A DNA stretch of 64,000 nucleotides from Sphagnum compactum. Lineage: Eukaryota. The translations under genes were made by a program, and so were the position numbers. Where the stretch lies: positions 434,001 through 498,000 of the forward strand of contig OZ234494.1 in the NCBI GenBank assembly GCA_965153455.1. The letters run 5' to 3'. The notes below the pieces were generated by a model. It was not told the origin of the DNA, ran no database searches, and worked only from the letters and a program-made list of their open reading frames with translations. Of this stretch, positions 27,531 through 39,972 are shown piece after piece. How positions within the stretch are numbered: position 1 is the stretch's first letter; every line of letters begins with the position of its first letter.

Positions 27531-27727
27531 CTCTGCTGCCGATCATGCCGCCGCGTTTGCGACGAGACCTGGCGAAGCTCGCATTCATGAAAACGACAGC
27601 GAGCAATTGGAGAAGCGAGCGAAGTACGTCCGCCACGGAGCTTTGCCTTTCTCTCTCGCCCTCTCTCTCGCTCTCGTGGCTCTGCCCGTTTTCTTTGGTC
27701 TGCCCGAAGGGAAGAGACCGAAGTGGC

Positions 27728-28100
27728 GATCATCCATAGGAAGATTTAGCCGAATTTGGCGATCATCCATTTTGTGATGTACCCAAAGTGGGGATCATCC
27801 ATAGGAAGATTTAGCCGAATTTGGCGATCATCCATTTTGTGATGTACCCAAAGTGGGGATCATCCATAGGAAGATTTAGCCGAATTTGGCGATCATCCAT
27901 TTTGTGCTGTTCCCAAGGGGGGGATCATCCATAGGAAGATTTAGCTGAATTTGGTGATCATCCATGTTGTGTTGTACCCAAAGGGGCATGGTCATCCGTA
28001 GGAAGATTTAGCTGAATTTGGGGATCATCCATTTTTTGAGATGTAGCCAAATTGGCAATCATCCTAGGAAGATTTAGCCAAATTTGGCTACAAGCTGAAT
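27728..28100. repeat. 65-bp tandem array (~5.5 copies) at the end of a dispersed repeat; a related copy lies at about 59117-59230
   Basis: gatcatccataggaagatttagccgaatttggcgatcatccattttgtgatgtacccaaagtggg starts at 27728, 27793, 27858 and 27923, then decays. The adjacent atgtagcc...ggcaatcatcct...gccaaat.tggcta..aatatgaaa motif recurs near 59117. Confidence 0.9.
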
Positions 28101-30684
28101 ATGAAAGTAAACTTTTAAAAAAACATCTTCCTATATTTTGGCTACCTACTTGAACCATGTATAGAAATATTGGAATTTTTTTCTTACATTTTGGTCAAAT
28201 TTCTGGCCATTGAAGATCTGAAAAAAAACACTTGATTTGATCACTTTTAATTTTTAATTTATATTTTTGGCTGCATTTTGCCTTTTTTTTGTTTTGATAT
28301 ATATAGGTATTTCCTATTATGTTCACACCAATTTTTTTCTTTTATGGAAAACCATAGGCTTGATTTTTTTTAAAATAAAGACCGACTTCTCATGATGTTG
28401 CATGGGATGCATTTGTATTTATCTTAAAAGATGCAGGATTTCATTTTACATGAATAAAACCCTAATGATGTGGTATTGTCCATGTAGGCATTATCATTCA
28501 AAGTTATGCCCATGTAATTAAATTTGCATGTGGTAAAATCTTTCAAATATGAAGATTCCTATATCAACCATCGCACATGTGTTATTAATCCAAATATAAT
28601 AATTACCATTTTTTCATAGACACATTTCTATCGCTCTTTACTTGGGAATCAATTGAACTAATTACAACTAGTGGGTACCTGTGACCTTTGGACACTATGA
28701 AGTCCTCCGGTTTCTTTAAACCAAGAGAGACACACACAAAGGCGCAAAGCAGCTATTCTTTATTTTATTTTATTTATTTTTTGTGACGAAAATTCGTTGA
28801 AAAGTCCCCCATGAAAACATAGATGGTGAAGCGAGCATTTTGGAAAATTTTCAAAAAAAAAAAAAAATCGTCACATTTTGAAGAGGGGAAAAAAAAGAGT
28901 TTCCTGCATGATCACTTTATCTAAAATCCATTACATGTTCCAGCGCCAAGTGCGGCTCATTTCGGGACCTCATTTCTGTCATCTGAGGGGTTGCAGAATC
29001 GACCTCGCAAAGACTGTTAACAGGTCGAAATGGACAGGTTCAGACAGACACACTGACAAACCAAGTGAATTAATATATAGGATTTAGAATTGTCCAAAGA
29101 ACGACTTATGAAACCTAAAGTTGTTCTATCTAACCCTAATCCAAAATGAATCATTATTAGTAAGTATAGAGTGAAATTTTTTTTGTTGTCTTGAACAATT
29201 TTTGTGTTTTGATTTTTTCTTAAATCCACTTCTAATACATTCACTTTCATCAATTTCACTATGTTTGACTCCCATATGCACACAACCCATGAGTAAAAAA
29301 TAAACTCTCACGATAAAATCTTTTGAAAACCATTGCAAACCTTCCAACACAACACCCACAAATTATTGCACTTGACACAAAAAAAATAAAAAATGAATGT
29401 ACAAAACCTTATTGTTTTTGTAGCAAGCATATATTTTCACTATATTTCTTTTTTTTTTGTTATTACACACAAATGTTATGAGAGCGCACAACAAGAACAC
29501 AAACCCTAAAACCATAAAAAAAAGATCAACATGTTTTCCTTCTCTCACATGAAACTACAAACACAAAAAATGTCAAGCTCTATGTCTCTCTTTCTCTTTC
29601 CAACAACATAAAAAGTTCCAAACATACTATACCTACTCTCACATAAAGAGCTTAAGCACTAAACATAGGAAGAATCAAACCTTGCGAAAACTTCATTCTA
29701 ATGCAATTAGTCCATTGAACGATTTTCCTTGATGTTCTATGGCTATGGTCTTAAAAGTTTGGATCTTTGTTTGTGTGATCTTTGTGTTTGTATTCACATT
29801 ATATCTACCCTTTCCCTTCACTTTGTTGCTTGAAAATCATCACCTCTCAATATTCTTCGACTTTGCAGCTTGATTTTTTCTTTTGTTGCATTCACAACCA
29901 CCTCATTTTCAACACTTGATTTAGACCTATTATTATGGGACCTTGGTTGACATCTCAAAAAAGGAATACTGTGATTAATTATGGATACATGAAATTTTGT
30001 TTGCTTTCATAAGTTGCCTCCACAACGAAATACCCAACAATTATTTTTATTGTTTGGTTCATTGGTTGGTGAACTTGGGAAAACAATAGTGATGATTCCA
30101 AAAAAATGGTTTTTGAATCATGCATTAGAGTCATTGAATTTTTGAATAGAATTGGATGACTACTGTAAGAACAATGTGTTCATTGCAAACAATGGCTTCT
30201 TATAAATGTTTTGTCACAAACTTGAAATTCTTTCTTACAAATCTTTTATGATGAAAAATTTGGTAATCTTACACACTGGCATCCAATGCTTTTTCATTTG
30301 AGGGGCTGGAGTGAACCAGCAGCCACCAATGGACCAGTTGAGGATGAGCCCGTTGAAGCCATTTTGCGGATGACCAAAAATCCCATCCTCCCTTCCCGCA
30401 TGTTTTTTTTTTTCCACCTCTTCTCTACCCCAAAATTTTCCCCCCTCCTACCTACCACCTTCCTCCCCCTTCCTACCTACCACCTACCACCCCCTCCCCC
30501 CCTCACTCCATCGCCAGAACTCTAGAGCCGTCAAGCGAGAGTGAGCTTGGAGCTGGAGCTGGAGCTATTGGAGCCGGGGAGTTGTGGCTGGAGCTGGAGC
30601 GAAACCCACGCGGGACCTAGGTAAGCATCTTTTCTTTTTTCTTGTTTGTTTGTTTTGTTTGTTTTTCTTTGCGTTGTAAGGAAA

Positions 30685-31480
30685 AACAAGAAGAAGAAGG
30701 CGACGGCAGCTTTGCTGCCGTCGCCTCGTTCTTTCTCTTGTGGAGCTGCACTACACCAGCTCAACGTAGCGAAAAAGGCGACCCCTGCTTCTTCCTCTTC
30801 TGGAGCTATGCTCCAACGCAGCATAGCGAAGAAGGCGACGACAGCGTTGCTACCATCGCCTTCTTCTTCTTTTTGCAGCGCAAGAAGGCGCAAAGACGAA
30901 GGTGACGACAGCGCTGCCGTCGCCTTCTTCTTCCTCTTGTGAAGCTGCGCTGCAACGCAGCGCAACGAAGAAGGCGATGGCAACCACGTCGTTGCCTTCT
31001 TCTTCTTCTTTTGCTGTGCTGCAGCGCAGTGCAGCAAAGAAGGCGACGACAACAACGATGCCGTCGCCTTTTTCTTCTTCTTTTTTTGCTCCGTTGTAGT
31101 GCAGCACAACGTTGCCGTCGCCTTTTTCTTCTTGTTTTGTTGCGCTGCATTGCAACGCAGCCAAGAAAGCGACGGCAGCAATGCTATCGCCTTCTTCCTT
31201 TTTTTTTTTTGCTGCACAAGAAGGCGCAAAGAAGAAGGCGACGACAACAATTGCTCAGCAAAGCTGCATCTAATGCGTAAAGCTGCTCTCGTCTTCCTCT
31301 TCTTTTTTTTCCGTATAGCATAACAAAGAAGACAGCAACTTTGTATTGAAGAAAAAGAAGACGACAGCTGCCGCCACCTTCTTCGATGGCTTTGCTGCAA
31401 GGAAATGGCGACCTCCGCCTTTCTTTTGTGGTTTTGTTGTGAAGAAGGTGACGGTAGCAATGTCGTCACCTTCCTCTATG
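30685..31480. repeat. Array of ~9-10 palindromic units (GAAGAAGGCGACGGCAGC-loop-GCTGCCGTCGCCTTCTTC) inside the MULE
   Basis: Self-complementary units at about 30690, 30830, 30898, 30968, 31037, 31165, 31355 and 31441, plus partial ones, separated by TGCAGCGCA-rich spacers. Confidence 0.85.
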
Positions 31481-31568
31481 GTGGCGGTTTTTTTTTTTTT
31501 TTTGTTGGTGCTTATGGTTTAGTTCATTAGAATTAACATTTAATAGTAAATGGTGGTTTTTTGTTTAG

Positions 31569-33010
31569 GGTTGGAGGTTGTAATGGTTAGGGGAAGAAGA
31601 CTGAAGAAAAGCGGTGGTGGTGAGTTGGAAGTCAATAAGCAAAATGTTGCTCGTCAGATGAGGCAATTGTTGTGCCAAATGTTGCTGCAGGAGATGAGGC
31701 AGTTGTTGAGCCACATGTTGTTGCATTAGATGCGACAATTGTTGAGAAAAATATTGTTGCATCAGATGCAGCAATTGCTCAGCAAAATGTTGCTGCATCA
31801 AATGAAACAATTGGTGACCTAAGTGTTGTTGCATCAGATCAGCCAATTGGTGAGCAAAATGGTGCTCTATCATAATCGAAACACAAGGATGACAATTTGG
31901 TATAGATTATTTTAGAATTTATGGACATTAGATTAAATACATATTAAAAAAATTGTACAAGTGTCTTGAAGTTTAATTATATCCGCACCATCATTTGTTG
32001 GAAGGTGTAGGATTTTTTTTGTCAAAATTTTTCTATTGCAATACCTGAAAACAATTCATGTTTATAGGAGTAGTATGTGATTATGTGATTTTATGTTTTA
32101 TAATACCTGCATTTTATTTTTTGAACTCTCATTTTTTGGTTTAGGTCAAAACTTGAATCTGACCAGGCTCCTTAGCCACTTGCACTTCTTTTGTCCACCT
32201 AATTTGGCTCGGAAAGACAAAGAATGGACGAAGGTTGGGTCGCTATGGAAATGCAAAGTTGGCACTTGCACTGTCGCATATTGTGCCAAATGGTTGTTGA
32301 CCAAGCATTTGAAGGAGGTGCATGGCTTGGTGGCAGAAAAGGCCAAACTTGGGAGGCCTTAAACTTTTGCAGGAGGTCCTCAACATTAAGACCATGCCAA
32401 AATGAATGCTTGCATCTTAGGAAATGCAATGGCTGTGCAAAGGCGGAATGATCAAAAGGTTGCTAGTCGCGCTCGTGCCAAAGCACAGCGCAAATGGAAT
32501 CACCTGGTAGCTGTTGCAAAACAGTGTCCACCATTCCCAAAACCAGCTTTGGTCAAATTAACTTCAAAGCAATTGTCAAAGGTGTTGGGCCTCAATGCCT
32601 GGGGCGTGGGCAATGTGCTTTGAGATGCAACATCACGGATGGAGAAGGATGAAGATTTATAAGGGATGATTCGATCTACCCATTGTGTATATGCACGACA
32701 ATTGAAGACGGCATGGGATGTCAAAAATTGGATCGAGAATCCAGTAAAACAAGTCGGACAAAACAGTTGGCAGATGTTTTAGATTTTCATGAATCTAGAT
32801 TGATTCATGGAAGGTAAGAAACAATAATAAGCAATGTTTATTGTTTTTTTATTGCATTTCATCCAAGGTGTGTTAGGGTTTAATTTGGTGGTTTTTGGGT
32901 GTTTATAAGGTTCAGGATCAAACACAGGAAGAGTTTGTTGCAAATGCAGTTTAGGTTGAGATGTAACGCCGCCATTTTTACACTGATCGTCATGCAGCAA
33001 AGGCTGCAAA
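31569..33010 (+). pseudogene. Decayed spliced gene inside the MULE encoding a 12-aa repeat region and a C2H2-type zinc finger
   Basis: Apparent exons 31569-31899, 32145-32813 and 32916 onward with AG/GT borders, plus an upstream donor at 30621. WKCKVGTCTVAYCAKWLLTKHLKEVHG fits C-x4-C-x12-H-x4-H. The same frame continues through in-frame stops (e.g. TAA at 32360, TGA at 32621). A 36-bp repeat lies at 31640-31870. Confidence 0.7.
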
Positions 33011-33479
33011 TGCAGCAGTTGCATACCGAGCTAAACATGGGATTGTAGATACTGATATGGGTTAGGGTTTCACTCTATATAGTTAGTTAGGTTTTGTAGC
33101 CCTTTTATTTTTTGGACTACCCAATTTTGAATTTCGCTCCTTTGATATGTTATAGAGAACCAACGCTTTTTTTTCATTGGGTTCTTTAATATTTTTCATG
33201 CACCCATTTTTGTACATCTTTTATCAATTTCAGAGTATCTTCTACTCACACTTGTTTTATGGGTATATGGTTAATCATATATGTCTTCTTTGTCATAATT
33301 TTCTTAGTACTTGAGATGTAAGAATCAAACCAAAGATTAAAATGAACATTGTGCAATACTTTACATCTAATATAAGGACTCACATCACCTAAAGACTTTT
33401 AATACAATACACACATTTAAAACATATAATACCTACATCATTTTCTATTATAAATTCCATAAGGAGATTTTCAAATATG

Positions 33480-33742
33480 CAATACCTGCATATAAGTCCT
33501 AAAATAGTTGTAGGCATTTTGCATTCATTGCAATACCCGCATATAAGTCCCATAATAGCCGCTGGTATTTTGCATTCATTGTAATACCCTCATATAAGTC
33601 CCACAATAGCCGCTGGCATTTTGCATTCCTTGCAATACCCGCATATAGTTTCCATAATAACCGTTGGTTTTTTTTTACATCTTTTGCAATACCCCGCATA
33701 TAGGTCCCATAATAGTTGCTGGGTTTTTACATTCATTGCAAA
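33480..33742. repeat. 51-bp minisatellite (~5 copies) inside the MULE
   Basis: caatacccgcatataagtcccataatagccgctggcattttgcattcattg variants at 33480, 33531, 33582, 33633 and 33687. Confidence 0.88.
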
Positions 33743-36282
33743 ACTTACATTTTGTCATAAAATTGATTCATATATAATAATTAATTTAGGTATATAAAAA
33801 GACATATTTTGGGTACCCAGAGCACTTATTAGTTATTTTGAAATGACGTTACATGTGGGTATTGCATTTAAGGTTTAGGGTCTTCACATAAGGTTAGCCT
33901 TAATCACCTATGGATTATTTCAGTATGAACTTGCATGTAGGTATTGCATCTAGGCCTTGGTCTTCATTCAAAGGCACACTCAAACTACATATTGGGTATT
34001 TCAAAGCAACCTTACATGTGGGTATTACATTTAAGGTTACCTTTTCGTTGTAGGTTTTACCTTATCCACCTATGGGTTATTTTGAAATGAACTTGAATAT
34101 GGCTATTGCATTTAGGGTTAAGGTTTTGTATAATTTTGCAATATCCACACACGTACTTACTTTCACCATTTACAAATTTAGCCTTAATGTTTTTAATAAT
34201 TAAATAAGATTTGTAACAAAACACAAAATAAGGTATGTCTCTTACCATTTGTTAATCTCCAAGCTGATCTCTTTCAATTTCTTTAAAATTATGTATTGCA
34301 TTGTTTTACATATAAAATTCCCCCTATAATGCACCGTAGACTTATTTTATTTACTATGAACTTGTAAAAAAAATGTCAATTAATTTAGGGTTTCCCAAAC
34401 TTTAAATTTGATTCATATTCCAATAGTATATACTTATAACAATTATATGGAAAAATAAGCTTTCTTTTTAATAAATGTTTTTAGTTCAAATTTAGAATGT
34501 TATAATACAATAAGGATTAGACATTAAACTGTCATAAATGCTTACTAGGCTTACGTGGCCTAGGCTAGTATATACATATATAACTAGTATGTTAACTTAA
34601 TAAACTCAACCACCTTCAATACCTACATAGACCATCTAAGATATTAACCTAGAAAGCCTACATTAATGAATAAACTACATAATAGGCCTATATTACCTAG
34701 GTAGCATATTAGGTAATTAATTAGGTTACTTAACAAATAGCTTATTAACCTATTACTCATGATTAGGCTAGGTTGTTTAGTTTGGTCAATGTCGACACTT
34801 TAGTCAATCTAACAACCTTAGGTTTGAACTTTTGTTGAAGCTAATAATTTGTCAAGCCTATAGATTCTTACTTGTTTTTTTATGAACACTATTGTGTTTT
34901 TTGATAGTCAAGTCATGTTTCAACTTTTGAAGGTGTCGAAAACATTACATAAAAATTTGGCCCTCACAAAGCTTTTAAAATCCACACAAACTCTAGTATG
35001 ATGTCTAAGAGCTTATGAACATTTTCATACCTAGCTATTAATCTTTTGGAATTTTTAAATTCACATTAAAAACGAAGTTCATTAGAAATAATTGCAATAT
35101 ACGCAACCAAATATATCAATTTTTATTTTATTATAAATGAATGTGAAAATATTATAAGTATTGAAATGGATCAATAGTATAATTCCATAATATCATTATT
35201 TATATATTAGGTGTTATAAATAACAATATATTTGGACCAATATTTAAACCAATATTATACATCATAGAAAATAAAGTTTACATAAGGACTTGTGTTGTAT
35301 ATCTATAAAATATAAAATATTTTTGACCCACTATATGATTATTTTAACTAAAAAATTATTTACTATATATAAAAAAATATAAAATAAAATTTCAATTAAA
35401 CATAAGATTAATATATGGGAGAGATCATTTTTATTATTATGTGAAATAGAAAAAAAAAAGTAGAAAATTATGTGCTTTGATTTTTTTAAAAACATAATTT
35501 AAAATCTTATTAAATTAAAGACTTTATATTTATGTTTTTAGTATGCGTATACAACTTTGAAAGGGAAAAAAAAACATGAACATCTTTGAAAAGCATTTAA
35601 GCTTGAACTTTTTATTTTTTGATCTTGACAAACTTTGTATTGCATTTAGGGTTGGGTTTTCACATAAAATTTACTTCTTACCTTTGTGTGATAACTCCAA
35701 CCTAATTTTCCCAATCTCTTTGAAGAAAATATAGAATGAAATTATATTGTTTCACATATGTCTAAACCCTAAAAATTTCCCCCCAATTTAATATAAAATA
35801 TATATGATAACTAATGAATTATCAACAAAATTTGTCATATAATTAAATAATTAATAGACCATTATTTCAGATAATTTAGATGATTAATTATCAAGAATTT
35901 AATAATCATTTATTTATTTAAAATAATTAACTAATCATTTGGCTTAAGTTTATTTACTTGAAAAAAAGTTGGATCTAATCATATTAATTAATTTGATATT
36001 TGATTGATTAACTTTAGTATATTTTGTTTTAATAAGTTATTGAAATCACTATTTAAGATAGTTATTCCATGTTATAGATTGCAAGTTCAACTTTTTCACG
36101 AAAAATTCTTACACCAAGATAAGCTCGATCAGAATTTTCATTGTACTATTTATTCTACAAACAATACAACGTTTTTTCAAATTCATGAAAAAAAGTAAAA
36201 ATCATGGAATTTCTAATCAACAACCTCAACCTCTATACACACATTTGTTAGCATATGATTTTGAAATTAACTAATTATTTTA

Positions 36283-36712
36283 GAGTGACCCCAAATGCAG
36301 GTATTGCATTTAGGGTAGGATTTTCATATAAAACCTTAAACCCCACATGCGTACTTTCGGAGTGACCCAAAATGCAGGTATTGCATTTGAGGTAGGATCT
36401 TCATATAAAGAAAGCTTAAACCCCACATGCGTACTTTCGGAGTGACCCAAAATGCAGGTATTGCATTTAGGGTAGGATCTTCATATAAAGCCTTAAACCC
36501 CACATGAGTACTTTCGGAGTGACCCACAATGCAGGTATTACATTTAGGGTAGGATCTTCATATAAAAAAAACTTAAACCCCACATGCGTACTTTCGGAGT
36601 GACCCAAAATGCAGATATTGCATTTAGGGTAAAATCTTCATATAAAGAAAGCTTAAACACTACATGCGTCCTTTCGGAGTGACCTAAAGTGCAGGTATTG
36701 CATTTAGGGTTG
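36283..36712. repeat. 77/80-bp tandem repeat (~5.5 copies) inside the MULE
   Basis: gagtgacc unit starts at 36283, 36360, 36440, 36517, 36597 and 36677; the core is aatgcaggtattgcatttagggtaggatcttcatata. Confidence 0.92.
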
Positions 36713-39700
36713 GGTTATTTCAAAGTGACTTTGCATATGCATATTGTGTTTAGGGCTAGGTCTTCACTTAAGGGTATCCAAACCATTTAGATGGGTTTTT
36801 TTGAAACGTGGGTATTGCACTTAGGCTTGTTTTTTCATTCAACTTGAAATACCCAGACTTATACCTACCTTTACCAACTAGAATTTTGGGGTTTCGTTGC
36901 AATACCTACACCCATACTTACCTTTACCAACTAGAATTTTGGGGCATAATTGCAATACTTGCACTTGTACTTACTATTACCAACTGGGATTTTGGGGCCT
37001 AGTTACAATACTTACATTTAACACTAATATTATCATAATCTTGTGTTTTTGCATTTCACACTTTTTCTGTTTATTACTTGAAAACAATAATAACCTTTGT
37101 GCCATATTAGACTTCAGGTGTGTGTTGAATACATGATGTTCAAAGAATTTGGGCTATGGTTCCCTCCATACAAAATTGATTCTAAAACAAAAATTCTTAG
37201 TGCCAATGGCAACAATTTTGATTAAAAATTGAGACATTTATTAAGGTAAAATATTAGTTCTGAAATATATGAACCAAATTCCTATACACTAAATCATAAA
37301 GCATAACCCTACAAATCCAAATGATATTTTGCCATAAGCCTTATTACAACCCTAACTATACAAACCCTAACAAAAAAAAGTCTTAGTGATATATGCCCTA
37401 AACCCAAAAAACTATACAAGCTATACAAATCATATAATGCAAAATAAACAAATTTAAAATAACATAGGAAAAAATTTAGAAACCAAAATTCAAAGGTTTT
37501 AAATTATAAATATTTATTAACTGAAAGAAAATATGTTAATCTTTAAAAATAATCAAATAAATTTCATACAAAACCAAAAGAGAAGATATGTCTTTTACCC
37601 TTGTGTGATCTTTCCAACCTAATTTTTCCACTCTTTTTTAAGAAGATATAAAATGCAATTGCATTACTTCACATATGTGTAAACCCTAAAATTTCCCCCC
37701 CAAATTTAGCCTACTTTAGATCAATTACTATACATTTGTGAAAAATTTATTAATGAATTTATGTGTCTCAACCCTAAACCTAATGGTTAAGTTAATAGAT
37801 TATGTAATTAATAGAGTAGCTAGGTTAGTAGGGTAGGTGGTTAGTACTGTAGCTAGGTCAGTAGGATAACTAGTTATTAGGGTAGTTGTGTCAGTAGGGG
37901 ATAGTAAATAAGGTACCAAGGTTGGTGCAATATTTATGAGGGTAGGAAAGTGAGCAAGGTAGCTATGTGTGAGGTCAGGTCCAAGAAAAACGACCAAGAA
38001 CACCAAAAAAAAAAAAAAAAAAAAAAAAACAGTGGTGAGCAGCAAAAAGAAATGGACTATGATGAACCCCATCCGGCGCCGAATGAAAAAACGCAACCCA
38101 TCCATTGGACAGAACAACCAACAGGTGCATTGGTGGCTGCTGGTTCAATCTGGCCCATTTGAGGCACATGAGCAAGTGCATTGCCCTAAGCATGAAGTTG
38201 GTGTTCTTGAATGTTATTTTATTTTTGTATGTTTTTCACTCGTGTGGGAATTTACCAATTGTGAACATTTGGATGTTGAATTACAATTTGTTGTGCAACT
38301 TGATGTTTACAATTTGACTTTTAAAAAATATGTAAAAAAAACGTATGAAGAGAACATTGACTATTAAAAAGACTCAAATGAAGGCTAATGGATAAGAACA
38401 ATTGAAAGGGACTAAATGCAAATGTATATGCTTTCAACCTAAATGTTGTTGCATGAAGCTTTGGATTATAAAAAGGACCCCCCACATGAAAATTAAATAA
38501 AATAAGATCATTAATTGCAACACTTTAAAAACAATTGCCCAAACATTGGATGTCAATGCATTTTAATATGACAAAGGCAACAAAGCTTTCAATTTGAGTG
38601 CATTCTTCAATTCTTGAGTCACACTAATAAGAGTCACAACAAATGTAACCAACATTTTAAAAGCATTGTACAAGGACTGTTATTTTTTGGGAAATTATTT
38701 AAACTTATATTTACATAATAGTTTAATGCAACATATATTAAAATCATAATTCTAAAATACTTTTTAACTTAAAAAATTAAAGATATTTGTAAAAATGTTT
38801 TAGAATAACCATTCATTAACATGGAAGGGTTGATTCTAATAATGTGGATGAACCCAAACTTAGACAATGGAAAAAAATTCATAACTTTGTTTAGAACACT
38901 ACACATGATCAACATCGAAACATTTGAAATGGAATTGAATATCAAAACAACTCCAAGCCTAACTATTATTGTACATAAGCAATTGCTGCATAAATTAAAT
39001 ATTTTTTATTTTGTCAAAATATTTGGAAAAAAAATCTTATTATTGAAATTTTCAAAAATTTAAATTGCAAGAATCTGGAATCAAACCCTAGACTAGTATA
39101 AATAAACACATTAGGTGTGAACAAACTGACCGCAAGGACAATAAAAAAACCTCTAAAATTAAATTAAAATTTCATATGTAAATTCAATTATATGTTGAAA
39201 ACTCCAAAATTAAAATTTTACATGATGAATCTTAAATTTTAAAATAAACAAATTATTTGACACTTGTGTGCCAAACCTACCCAAGTATTAATATTGAATA
39301 TAAATTACAAACTAATTTGTTCCTTTTCATGGCCATTTGAAATTAATATAATAACCAAAATATTTCCTTTTGAGCAAGGGCATTACACTCCTAATAATAA
39401 TAATACATAATAATAATAATAACCACAATGCCTTCTTTCATCAGCTGCTACACACTTGTGGGTGGATGTTGTTGACAAATTGGATGAATTCAAGCACCTA
39501 TGTGCTATAGTCCTTGAACCCTTTCCATTAATTACCAGCAAGCAAGCCAACAGATTGGATGAACCATGTGATTTGGATGAACTAAACGTCGTTCTCAATT
39601 ACCATAATTCATCACCCCAACCAGCTAGTCAGCCAGGCCAGCCAGCTGGATGGATGACCTAAGCGTTTCGTTGTTGTTCACATTCATCCTCCTCTTCGTC

Positions 39701-39972
39701 GTCCAGTGCACGTTGTTTTCTGGCCACCCGCGGGCGTCACAGGCACGCTTACGCACAGGCGCCGTGGTTACTGCGGATGTGAAGAAACCCTACCCTTCGT
39801 CTTCTTCTGCTTCTTCTTCTGCGTTCCCGTCCGTCCATTCGCAGTTGCAGGCGGAGTGGTGAAGAGGAGGAGGAGGAGGAAGAAGAAGAGGATCTGGTGT
39901 TTTTATTGTCTTTTTTGCTTCTTCTTTTTGTTGAGGATTGAGATATTTGATAAAGAATATCCGAAAATAAAA

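Larger units (their letters stand above)
30304..38155. mobile_element. Non-autonomous Mutator-like element (MULE), 7852 bp
   Basis: ~35-bp imperfect terminal inverted repeats (GGCTGGAGTGAACCAGCAGCCACCAATGGACCAGTTG versus the reverse complement of the right end GGCCAGATTGAACCAGCAGCCACCAATGCACCTGTTG). They are flanked by a perfect 9-bp direct repeat CATTTGAGG (30295-30303 and 38156-38164). No transposase ORF was recognised inside. Confidence 0.88.

Noticed and set aside
30531-31469. 312-aa ORF and the CRISPR-like look of palindromic repeats with spacers
   Set aside because: The ORF is a low-complexity product of the hairpin array. The repeats are degenerate, the spacers resemble each other, there are no cas genes, and the context is a eukaryotic transposon.
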